A DNA stretch of 64,000 bases from an uncultured Clostridia bacterium (GTDB lineage: Bacteria > Bacillota > Clostridia > Christensenellales > Borkfalkiaceae), in the NCBI GenBank assembly GCA_947630245.1, contig CANRGR010000001.1, forward strand, positions 11,175 through 75,174, read 5' to 3'. Below the pieces are notes generated by a model. It was not told the DNA's origin. It saw only the letters and a program-made list of their open reading frames with translations, and did no database searches. The translations under genes were made by a program, and so were the position numbers. Of this stretch, positions 9,419 to 17,679 are shown piece after piece. How positions within the stretch are numbered: position 1 is the stretch's first letter; every line of letters starts with the position of its first letter.

Positions 9419-9889
9419 TTAGGATTTAGGAATATCCGTAACACTGGTTTCCGTCAAGAGCAATTTAACCGTGTAACCACCGTTGTCGGCTTTCTTTGCT
9501 TCACCCGCAGTCGTATAGGTTGCAGTACCGGTATAGCTCTTATCCGTCTTCGCGACACCAGTCGCAATCGGAGTGACTACCAGTTTCGTAAAATCACCGT
9601 TTGAGGAAATCGTTGCGTCAACCGTCCATGCTCTGACATTGTTTTCGGTACCTTGACCAGTAGGCGCTGCCCAAACTTCACCTGCAGCAGTTTTCTCACT
9701 GTTTTCAAGAAGATAAACAATAGCCGTGCTACGGGTAGTGCGGATATTAGCATCCTTAGTAGCATCCTCTGCCTTGCCAAGCGCACCCACAAAGAGCGGG
9801 ACTGCAATCGCAACAAGGACTGCGATGATCGCAACAACGATCAGGAGTTCGGCAAGGGTAAAGCCCTTGCGGTTCTTTCTTTTCAACAT
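9419..9889 (-). CDS. pilA: type IV major pilin (prepilin with class III signal)
   Basis: MLKRKNRKG|FTLAELLIVVAIIAVLVAIAVPLF has the canonical G/F cleavage site, Glu+5 and a hydrophobic alpha1-N. 156 aa, with GC visibly lower than the neighbours. Confidence 0.9.
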   Translation of the reverse strand: MLKRKNRKGFTLAELLIVVAIIAVLVAIAVPLFVGALGKAEDATKDANIRTTRSTAIVYLLENSEKTAAGEVWAAPTGQGTENNVRAWTVDATISSNGDFTKLVVTPIATGVAKTDKSYTGTATYTTAGEAKKADNGGYTVKLLLTETSVTDIPKS

Positions 9890-9974
9890 AGTTTCATTCT
9901 CCTTATAAAATCATGATTTTATTTCTACCGCCTACGGGATGAATAGGCGTTCGAAACCTTGTTTAATGGGGCCC

Positions 9975-10427
9975 CCCCTCGCTACGCTCGGTATGACGGC
10001 GGGGGCTCCCGCTTGGCGCCCCTCGCAGGGGAGCTCCGCCCGCAGGGCGGTGAGGGGTTTCTGAAACCCTTTCGGCTCACTCCGTTCGCCACTTCCCCTA
10101 TAAGGGGCAGCAAGGGTGCGGACTGCGTATCAGGGGATACACTCCTCCCTCGCTCCGCTCGGTCGTCGGTATGACAACGGGGTGCGGACTGCGCTTTCCT
10201 GTCATTCCGAACCCCCGAAGGGGGTGAGAGAATCCCCTTGTTCAAAGCGGACTTCGTATCAGGGGATACACTCGCTACGCTCGGTATGACAGTGGGGTGC
10301 GGACTTCGTATCAGGGGATACACTCCTCCCTCGCTTCGCTCGGTCGTCGGTATGACAGTGGGGCGCGGACTGCGTATCAGGGGATACACTCGGGCTCCGC
10401 CCTCGGTATGACAACGCGGGTGCGAGG
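9975..10427. repeat. intergenic repeat array R3
   Basis: Contains the about 110-bp module GGCTCCCGCTTGGCGCCCCTCGCAGGGGAGCTCCGCCCGCAGGGCGGTGAGGGGTTTCTGAAACCC...CCCCTATAAGGGGCAGCAAG (10005-10114), one GTCATTCCGA hairpin module (10198-10237) and four GGGGATACACTC/TATGACA units. Confidence 0.9.
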
Positions 10428-10428
10428 A

Positions 10429-11649
10429 TCAATAACTGCCGGCGATGCCCGTGGACATCGTGAAGATGGGAACGTAGATCGCGATGACGATGAATCCGAC
10501 GACAACGCCGAGAATGATCGTAATCATCGGCTCGATCAACGAGAGCGCCTTATCGGACGCGGCAATCGCCTCTTCCGAATAGAACAGCCCGATCGAACGG
10601 AGCGTATCCTCCAACATACCCGAGGATTCCCCTACCGTGATCATTTCGATGAGCATCGGCGGAAGATAGAGCGATTCCTTCAACGATTCCCCCAAACTCA
10701 TGCCGCTTTCGAGCTTGACGATCGACTCGTTCAGCTCTTTGCCGACGCAACGGGTATCGAGGACGCGGCTCACGATATCGAGCGCGCGCGTGACGGGAAG
10801 TCCCGCCGCGAGCAGCGTTGCAAGCGTATTCGCCGTCTGCGCCGCCGCGTTGAAGCGCGTAATCTTGCCGAGAACGGGCATTCTGATGCGGATTTTCGAA
10901 TATACCATTCTGCCCCGCTCGGTTCTTCCGAAGAGGAACAGCCCGAGAATGAGCGCCGCAAGCCCGATGAGGACGAGATACCACCAATTCTTGAAGAATG
11001 TGGAGATTGCAATGAGAATGCGGGTAACGAGCGGGAGCTCGGTTCCGATTCCCTGCAACGTCTCCGTCATTCTCGGCACAAGCACGACCATGACGATGCC
11101 GATGACGACGATCGCCAACAGCAGGACGATTGTGGGATAAGTGAGGGCGGATTTGACCTTTTTCTGCGTTTTATGCGCGCGGGAATAGTATGCTTCGAGG
11201 CTCTTGAACGATTCTTCCAATGTACCGGATTCCTCGCCCGCCGCCACGGTCTCAATAAACACCGCGGGGACTTTTTTGCCGTTCTTGCGGAGACTGCCCG
11301 CCAACGAATAGCCCGCGGCGACGTCTCCCGCGCAAGCGCGCAGAATGCGGCGCATGAGTTTATCGTCGCTCTGGTCGGCGATGAGCTCGATCGTGCGCGT
11401 CATGGTGAGCCCCGCTTTGAGCATGATGGCAAACTGGTTTGCCGTGAGCGAAAGCGTTTTATTGCTGACCCAAAGCGGCTCGTTGATGTCGATATTGACC
11501 CGCCGTTCTTTGCGGACGGGTTTGATGGAATCGACAATCGCGTACGTTTTGCGGATTTCGTTCACCGCTTCGAACTCGTCGTACGCCTCGATTACGCCGT
11601 TCACCGTGGTTCCGTCTTTCGCGATCGCACGGTATTTATACGTCTGCAT
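10429..11649 (-). CDS. pilC: type IV pilus platform protein PilC (T2SS-F family)
   Basis: 406 aa with duplicated T2SSF-type halves and three TM regions. Lies between pilT and pilA. Confidence 0.9.
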   Translation of the reverse strand: MQTYKYRAIAKDGTTVNGVIEAYDEFEAVNEIRKTYAIVDSIKPVRKERRVNIDINEPLWVSNKTLSLTANQFAIMLKAGLTMTRTIELIADQSDDKLMRRILRACAGDVAAGYSLAGSLRKNGKKVPAVFIETVAAGEESGTLEESFKSLEAYYSRAHKTQKKVKSALTYPTIVLLLAIVVIGIVMVVLVPRMTETLQGIGTELPLVTRILIAISTFFKNWWYLVLIGLAALILGLFLFGRTERGRMVYSKIRIRMPVLGKITRFNAAAQTANTLATLLAAGLPVTRALDIVSRVLDTRCVGKELNESIVKLESGMSLGESLKESLYLPPMLIEMITVGESSGMLEDTLRSIGLFYSEEAIAASDKALSLIEPMITIILGVVVGFIVIAIYVPIFTMSTGIAGSY

Positions 11650-11686
11650 ATACCCTCCTTTTCGTTATTTTTTCGAATTTTGTTCG

Positions 11687-12736
11687 TCAATATACGTTTT
11701 TCTTCACATATTCGGGATCGTGCGCGGCGGCTCTCGCCGTCTCCGCCGAAATCACCCGCTGACGGTACAGCGCGATGAGCGAATTGTCCATCGTCACCGA
11801 ACCCTCCGCCGCCGACGTCGCCATAGAGCTTGCGATTTGCGGCGTCTTGCCCTCGCGGATGAGATTGCGGATTGCGGGGGTTACCATCATGAGTTCGCAT
11901 GCCGCCACGCGCCCGCCGTTCTTCCGCGGCAACAACTGCTGCGACAGCACCGCCATGAGCGTTGTGGAAAGCTGCATACGGATTTGCTTCTGCCGCATTT
12001 CGGGGAACACGTCCACGACGCGGTCGATGGAGTCGGGCGCGGAATTGGTGTGCAGTGTGGCAAAGACAAGGTGTCCCGTCTCCGCCGCCGTCAACGCCGT
12101 CTCGATGGTGGACAGATCGCGCATTTCGCCGATGAGAATGACGTCGGGGTCCTCACGCAGGATCGCCCGCAGACCGGTTGCATAGCTCTCGGTGTCCGCG
12201 CCGATTTCGCGCTGGTTGATGACGCAGCGGTCGGGCTCGTAGATGTACTCGATAGGATCTTCGAGGGTGATGATGTGCCCGTTGAGAGTATGGTTGATGC
12301 GGTTGAGCATCGCCGCAAGCGTCGTCGATTTACCGGAACCCGTTTCACCCGTCACGAGCACGATTCCGCGGTTCAACGCGGGAAGCGACTGCACCATCGG
12401 CGGAAGCCCGAGAGAGTCGAGCTCGGGAATCTTATCCGAAAGGATACGGATCGCCGACGACACCGCGCCCTGCTGGCGGAACAAATTGATACGGCAACGG
12501 ATGTGCCCTTGAAACGTCAACGCAAGGTCGAGTTCGCCCATCTTCTCGATGGAGGCGTATTCCTCTCCCGCCATCTGGCGCGCGTAATATTCGCAATCGG
12601 CAGCCGTGAGCGGCGCGCCGAAATCCTGCAATTCGCCGTCTACCCGGATTCGGGGCGGAAGATTCCGCACAAGATGAATATCCGACGCGCGCATATCCCT
12701 CGCCTGTGCGATCATTCTGTTGAGTTCCATCGGCAT
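11687..12736 (-). CDS. pilT: PilT-type retraction ATPase
   Basis: 349 aa. SDIHL motif, Walker A GETGSGKST, Asp/His boxes (ITLEDPIE, GHLVFATLHT). No GspE N-terminal domain. Confidence 0.9.
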   Translation of the reverse strand: MPMELNRMIAQARDMRASDIHLVRNLPPRIRVDGELQDFGAPLTAADCEYYARQMAGEEYASIEKMGELDLALTFQGHIRCRINLFRQQGAVSSAIRILSDKIPELDSLGLPPMVQSLPALNRGIVLVTGETGSGKSTTLAAMLNRINHTLNGHIITLEDPIEYIYEPDRCVINQREIGADTESYATGLRAILREDPDVILIGEMRDLSTIETALTAAETGHLVFATLHTNSAPDSIDRVVDVFPEMRQKQIRMQLSTTLMAVLSQQLLPRKNGGRVAACELMMVTPAIRNLIREGKTPQIASSMATSAAEGSVTMDNSLIALYRQRVISAETARAAAHDPEYVKKNVY

Positions 12737-12775
12737 AATGTTTTACTCTCTCCTCATAAACGATATTTTTCGGTC

Positions 12776-14470
12776 TCAGTCGATATTTGCATTGAAGAGG
12801 TTGATGACCTCTTCCGCCGACGTCACGCCCGCAAGAACCAGCCTGCGGCAGTCGTCGGAGAGGGGCGAAAACGTCCCCTGTTTTACATTTTCGGAAAGCT
12901 GCGTCGCATGACGTCCCTCGGCGATCGCGCGCTTGAAGTCCTTGTCGAGCAAGAGCACTTCGAACACCGCCGTCCGTCCGACGTATCCCGTATGATAGCA
13001 ATGCGGACAGCCCTTTCCGCGGTAAAATCTGATTCCCTCCGCCTTCGGGTCGCACCCGATCGCCTCCAACGTCTCGGGAGAGGGCGTGTACGCCTCCTTG
13101 CAGTGAGGGCAGATCCTCCGCACGAGCCGCTGCGAAATGATTCCGTTCAGCGCGTCCGCGATGAGATAGGGCGCAACGCCGATATCCACGAGACGGTCGA
13201 TTGCGGAGAGTGCGTCGTTCGTGTGCACCGTGGAGAGCACAAGGTGACCCGTGATTGCCGAACGGATCGCGATTTCCGCCGTTTCGCTGTCGCGGATTTC
13301 GCCGATCGCGATGATGTCGGGGTCCTGACGCAGGATGGCGCGAAGCCCGCCCGCGAACGTCATGTTCACTTTTTCGTTGATCTGAACCTGATTTACGCCG
13401 TCGATGTCGTACTCGACGGGGTTTTCCAGCGTGACAAGATTCACTTCATCGGTGTTGAGGGAGCGGATCATTGTGTACATCGTGGAAGATTTGCCCGAAC
13501 CCGTGGGACCGACGATCAGCACCATGCCGTGCGCCGAAGCGAGAAGTTTGTTGTATTTTTCGAGATTCTCCCCTTCGAGCCCGATCGCATGCGCGTCGAG
13601 CAGTTGCGCGGATTTATCCAACAGACGGATAACCACTTTCTCTCCGTACATTGCGGGAAGGGTTGACATACGAAGGTCGATATTGTGTCCCTTGACGAGC
13701 ACGTTCGCACGCCCGTCCTGCGGAAGGCGCGACTCGGTGATGTCCATGCCGCCCATGATCTTCAAACGGGAAATGACGGTGCGTTTCAGCTCATCGGGCA
13801 CGGTGAGAACGGTGCGCAGCTTGCCGTCGATTCTCATGCGGACGACAACTTCCTCCGCACGGGGCTCGATGTGGATATCGCTCGCCCGCTCGGCGGACGC
13901 GCGTTCGAGAATGGAATTGACGAGACGGACCGTCGGCGCGGACTGCTGCGACTCCTCGGTGACTTCCTCGCTTTGGGGGCGTGCGGCAGCCGTTTCGCGG
14001 GCGCCGGAATCCCGCATCTCTTCGATGGCGCGGGCAACGCCCTCGTTCCCGTAGAGGGTTGCAATCGCCTTGTTCACCGCCACCGTCGTGGCGATCTTCG
14101 GCAGGATCCGCTTCCGCGTCGCCGTACGGACTTCTTCGAGCGCAACGAAGTTGAGCGGGTCAGACATGGCAAGCGTGAGCTCGTCTTTGTTCAGCCGCAC
14201 GGGCACGACGCCGTGACGGCGCGCGATGCTCTTGGGCACGAGCGAGGCAAGCTCGATCGGAATGCGCACTTTGGAGAGATCAATAAAATCAATCCCGAGC
14301 TGCAATTCGAGCGTCTCGATGAGCAACTGTTCGTTGATGATGCCCTCTTCGATCAGGATTGTGCCGAGACGCTCATGCTTCGTCTTTTGAAGCGCAAGCG
14401 CCCTGTCAAGCTGTTCCTGCGTGATTGCACCGTTGTTGACGAGTATGTCGCCCAAACGGAAATATTCCAT
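12776..14470 (-). CDS. pilB: PilB/GspE-family pilus extension ATPase with an MshEN-like N-terminus
   Basis: 564 aa. Walker A GPTGSGKSS, tetracysteine CPHC...CPHC, GHLVLSTVHTN. N-terminal residues 5-57 hold two tandem RLG-x8-G...L-x3-L-x2-Q motifs. Confidence 0.9.
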   Translation of the reverse strand: MEYFRLGDILVNNGAITQEQLDRALALQKTKHERLGTILIEEGIINEQLLIETLELQLGIDFIDLSKVRIPIELASLVPKSIARRHGVVPVRLNKDELTLAMSDPLNFVALEEVRTATRKRILPKIATTVAVNKAIATLYGNEGVARAIEEMRDSGARETAAARPQSEEVTEESQQSAPTVRLVNSILERASAERASDIHIEPRAEEVVVRMRIDGKLRTVLTVPDELKRTVISRLKIMGGMDITESRLPQDGRANVLVKGHNIDLRMSTLPAMYGEKVVIRLLDKSAQLLDAHAIGLEGENLEKYNKLLASAHGMVLIVGPTGSGKSSTMYTMIRSLNTDEVNLVTLENPVEYDIDGVNQVQINEKVNMTFAGGLRAILRQDPDIIAIGEIRDSETAEIAIRSAITGHLVLSTVHTNDALSAIDRLVDIGVAPYLIADALNGIISQRLVRRICPHCKEAYTPSPETLEAIGCDPKAEGIRFYRGKGCPHCYHTGYVGRTAVFEVLLLDKDFKRAIAEGRHATQLSENVKQGTFSPLSDDCRRLVLAGVTSAEEVINLFNANID

Positions 14471-14508
14471 TACGCTGTCCTCCTTTCGCGGATACCAAAC
14501 CGCATTAC

Positions 14509-14537
14509 ATGATACAACAATCGAGCTTTCTTGTCAA
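14509..14537 (-). promoter_or_regulatory. sigma-A type promoter for pilB
   Basis: On the minus strand: TTGACA (14532-14537), 17 nt, TATCAT (14509-14514). An AAAGGAGG RBS precedes the ATG at 14470. Confidence 0.6.
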
Positions 14538-14599
14538 GAAATTCGGCAGGGAATCCGAATTTTCCGCTATTTTGTTGAAAACGCCAAATTTATCCGAAC

Positions 14600-17263
14600 T
14601 CAATCCTCTTCCTTCGGAAGGTGGACTTTCAACACCTGTATGAGCTGGGGAATGTCGATCGGCTTTGCGACGTGGGCGTTCATGCCGCACTCCGCCGCTT
14701 TCCGTCTGTCCTCGTCGAAGGCATTTGCGGTCATGGCGACGATGGGCACGGAGGCAAGTTTCGCGTTGGGAAGCGCGCGGATTCTGCGCGTCGCCTCATA
14801 GCCGTCCATCACGGGCATCTGAATGTCCATGAGGATGAGATCGAAATGTCCCGGCTCGGACGATTTCACCTTTTCGACGGCGACGGAACCGTCCTCCGCC
14901 GTCTCCACCGCAAACCCGTTCTCGGTGAGCAGTTCCTCCGCGATCTCGCGGTTGAGTTCATTGTCCTCGACGAGCAGGACGCGCCTGCCCCCGAATTCTC
15001 CCGGATCCGCGGGAGTCTCGCCCTCCGCGGCTCCGTCCGTGCCCGCGTCGATGACCGACTGCAACGTGTCGCGCAGTTCGGAGAGGAAGATGGGCTTGTT
15101 GCAATAGGCGGTGACGCCGATGTCCTTCGCCTCGTCCATAATCGCCGAGACGTCGTATGCGGAAATGATGATGATCGGGATCTCGTCGCCGACGAGTTTC
15201 CGGATCCTGCGGACGATCTCGAAGCCGCTCAGGTCGGGCATGACCCAGTCGATGATGTAGACGGCGAACGAGTCGCCCACGTCGACCGCCTGATGGGCGC
15301 GGAGCACCGCTTCTTTGCCGTACATCGTCCACTCGGCGCGCATGCCGATCTGCATGAGCATCTTGCTGACGCTGTCGCAGGTGTCGAAATTGTCGTCCAC
15401 GACGAGGGCGCGGAGCCCTTCGAGCTCACGGATCGTCTCCGTATTTTTATGCTGTGTTTGCAGACGGAACTGCAAATTGATGATAAATTCGCTCCCCTTG
15501 CCCTGTTCGGTGACGAGATCGATCTTGCCGCCCATCGTGTCGATGATGCTCTTCGTGATCGCCATGCCGAGCCCCGTCCCCTGAATGCCGCTGACGGTTG
15601 ACGTCCGCTCCCGTTCGAAGGGTTCGAAGATGTGTTTCGCAAATTCCTCGCTCATGCCGATTCCCGTATCCTTGACGCGGATCTCATACGCCCCGTAGCC
15701 CGTCGGCGCGCCCGCCTTCTGGCGGACCGTCAACGAGATGGAGCCTCCCGCGGGCGTGAACTTGATGGAATTGGAGAGCAGATTCAAAAGAACCTGGTTG
15801 ACGTGCAGTTTGTCGCAGTAGATGTCCTCGTCGACAACGTCCATCGTATCCATGAAGAAATTGAGCTGTTTGCTCTTCATCTGGGTCTGGATGATGTTGC
15901 GCATGTCGCGGAAGATATCCGAGATACTGCACGGTTTTTCTTCGATGTTGAGTTTCCCGCTCTCGATGCGCGACATGTCGAGAATGTCGTTGATGAGCGA
16001 GAGCAGATGATTCCCGGACGAGAGGATCTTTTTGAGATAATCCTGTACCCGCTCCCTGTTGTCGATATTCGTCTCGGCGAGAGCGGCAAAGCCGAGAATG
16101 GCGTTCATGGGCGTGCGGATATCGTGAGACATGTTCGAGAGGAAGGTCGTCTTGGCGCGCTCCGCCGCCTCCGCCTTGTGCAGTTTCTCTTCGAGCACCG
16201 CGCGCTCCACCGACTTATTCACCGTCTCCCGCGCGACATGGCGCATCCAGAAGAAGTAGGCGACGAGCGCCACGAAGAAGATGACGCCCACAATGATGAA
16301 CACGATCCGCACCTGCTCGACGTTTCCGAAGGCGACGTCCGAGGGAACGGCGATGCAGATGGACCACTGGTTGACCGCCTCGTCCTCCTCCGCAATCGAC
16401 GCAGCGGGAGCAAACGGTGCATAGTAAACGTATTCCCATTTGCCGCTCCTCTCCGATTTGAGTTCGGTATAGCCGCTCAGTTCGAGCCCGAGCATCTCTT
16501 CCGTGACCTGCCCGGCGGACTTGCCGCGCGTTGTGCGGTTTAAGAGCCCAAAGTCGTCGAAACTGCCGAATTTTTTCGTCTCGGGATCGGGACCGTTCAG
16601 AGTGTCCATGATCGTCTCGTGCCCTGCGCTCGAAAGATCGAACACCATGACGCCCGCGTTCCCGTTGTAGATGTTGTCCGTGCGCAGAAGAGCGGGCAGA
16701 GAAGAGAGCGCGGTGACGCCGTAAAGAAGCGCGACAATCTCCCCGTTCTTTTCCACCGGCACAAAATGGGCGATGAGCTGTGTGCCCTCCACGCCCGCGC
16801 GGTGGCTCTCGAACCGGTGCGAGATGTGCTTCCCGTGCGTCTTTTCCTCTTCGAAATCGAACTGTCCGTTTTCGACGGTATTGTCGTCGGGAAGGAAGAT
16901 GACGCCCGACGGCACGAGAATGCGCAGATTCATCGTAAGCTGCAACGGTCTGAGTTCGGAGAGCGACGCGGTGAGAAGCTCCCGGAACTGCTCGGAGTTT
17001 GTATCTTGCAGGTCAAACGCTTCGGACGCGGAGAGAATCTGCGCCATCGAATCGAGCACCTCCCCGTCCCGCTGGAACTTGGAAGCGATCTGGTCGATGA
17101 CGGTGTTCGCCGCGTCCTCGAACTGATCCAGCCCCCGTTCCCGCGTGATTTTGTCGCACCCGAAGTATGCCGCAAGAATCCCCGCAATAATCACGACGAT
17201 GAGAATTACGGTCGCAACCATAGATTTATCGCCGAGCATATAACCTTTGAGCTTATTTTTCAT
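14600..17263 (-). CDS. hybrid sensor histidine kinase with two receiver domains (HK3)
   Basis: Start at the ATG at 17263 (MKNKLKGY) with an AAGGAGT RBS. Architecture: TM, about 300-aa extracytoplasmic region, TM, H-box [11 protein letters not shown], HATPase (GTGLGMAI), REC1 (YIIDWVMPDLSG), REC2 (LILMDIQMPVMDG). Confidence 0.9.
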   Translation of the reverse strand: MKNKLKGYMLGDKSMVATVILIVVIIAGILAAYFGCDKITRERGLDQFEDAANTVIDQIASKFQRDGEVLDSMAQILSASEAFDLQDTNSEQFRELLTASLSELRPLQLTMNLRILVPSGVIFLPDDNTVENGQFDFEEEKTHGKHISHRFESHRAGVEGTQLIAHFVPVEKNGEIVALLYGVTALSSLPALLRTDNIYNGNAGVMVFDLSSAGHETIMDTLNGPDPETKKFGSFDDFGLLNRTTRGKSAGQVTEEMLGLELSGYTELKSERSGKWEYVYYAPFAPAASIAEEDEAVNQWSICIAVPSDVAFGNVEQVRIVFIIVGVIFFVALVAYFFWMRHVARETVNKSVERAVLEEKLHKAEAAERAKTTFLSNMSHDIRTPMNAILGFAALAETNIDNRERVQDYLKKILSSGNHLLSLINDILDMSRIESGKLNIEEKPCSISDIFRDMRNIIQTQMKSKQLNFFMDTMDVVDEDIYCDKLHVNQVLLNLLSNSIKFTPAGGSISLTVRQKAGAPTGYGAYEIRVKDTGIGMSEEFAKHIFEPFERERTSTVSGIQGTGLGMAITKSIIDTMGGKIDLVTEQGKGSEFIINLQFRLQTQHKNTETIRELEGLRALVVDDNFDTCDSVSKMLMQIGMRAEWTMYGKEAVLRAHQAVDVGDSFAVYIIDWVMPDLSGFEIVRRIRKLVGDEIPIIIISAYDVSAIMDEAKDIGVTAYCNKPIFLSELRDTLQSVIDAGTDGAAEGETPADPGEFGGRRVLLVEDNELNREIAEELLTENGFAVETAEDGSVAVEKVKSSEPGHFDLILMDIQMPVMDGYEATRRIRALPNAKLASVPIVAMTANAFDEDRRKAAECGMNAHVAKPIDIPQLIQVLKVHLPKEED

Positions 17264-17294
17264 ACTCCTTCCATGCAAGGATCCACGGATCCGC

Positions 17295-17657
17295 TCAACC
17301 CGCGAGACCGTCCGCAAATTGCGCGATCGCGGCAACGGTGCGCTCGTAGTCCGCGCGCACGGCGGGCAGATATTCGGCATAGCCGTCGAGACTTCCGCCG
17401 CGGAGCGATTCCGTCAACGCCGTCGCCGACTTTTCAAGCAACGTAAAACTCAGATTCTGGCACATTCCCTTGATGGTATGCGCCGCACGGAATGCCTCTT
17501 GCGCATTTCCCTCTTCGAGCGAACGCAAAAGCAGTTCATAGCTTCCGTCCGCAGGGAATTTGAGCACAAATTTTTGCACGAGTCTCTCGCTGCGCAACCG
17601 ACCGATCACTGCGTCGTAATCCCCGCCGAGCGCCCGATAACATTCCGTAAGCGTCAT
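17295..17657 (-). CDS. Hpt (histidine phosphotransfer) domain protein
   Basis: Start at the ATG at 17657 (MTLTECY) with an AGAGGTG RBS. AAHTIKGMCQNL is the Hpt phospho-His motif; about 120-aa helical protein. Confidence 0.8.
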   Translation of the reverse strand: MTLTECYRALGGDYDAVIGRLRSERLVQKFVLKFPADGSYELLLRSLEEGNAQEAFRAAHTIKGMCQNLSFTLLEKSATALTESLRGGSLDGYAEYLPAVRADYERTVAAIAQFADGLAG

Positions 17658-17679
17658 ATCGTCACCTCTTTTTTGGATC

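Noticed and set aside
8284-10389. Short ORFs lying inside repeat arrays (for example 8284..8631, 8331..8831, 8365..8574, 9041..9370, 9067..9429, 9982..10389). Analogous ones occur at 32259..32729, 42355..42879, 42633..42998, 49158..49478 and 49182..49576.
   Set aside because: They are read-through of the repeat modules in arbitrary frames and on both strands. The 'peptides' recur only because the DNA repeats recur, and there is no RBS or start context.
8330-10427. Possible CRISPR array, because of closely spaced direct repeats.
   Set aside because: There is no constant-length repeat/unique-spacer periodicity, the 'spacers' are themselves repeated modules, there are no cas genes, and the same modules are dispersed at distant loci.
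9890-10428. c-di-GMP riboswitch upstream of pilA, as known for some clostridial pilin genes.
   Set aside because: I could not recognise GEMM-I or GEMM-II conserved cores by eye, and the region is explained by the repeat family. This needs an Rfam/Infernal scan to exclude it formally.
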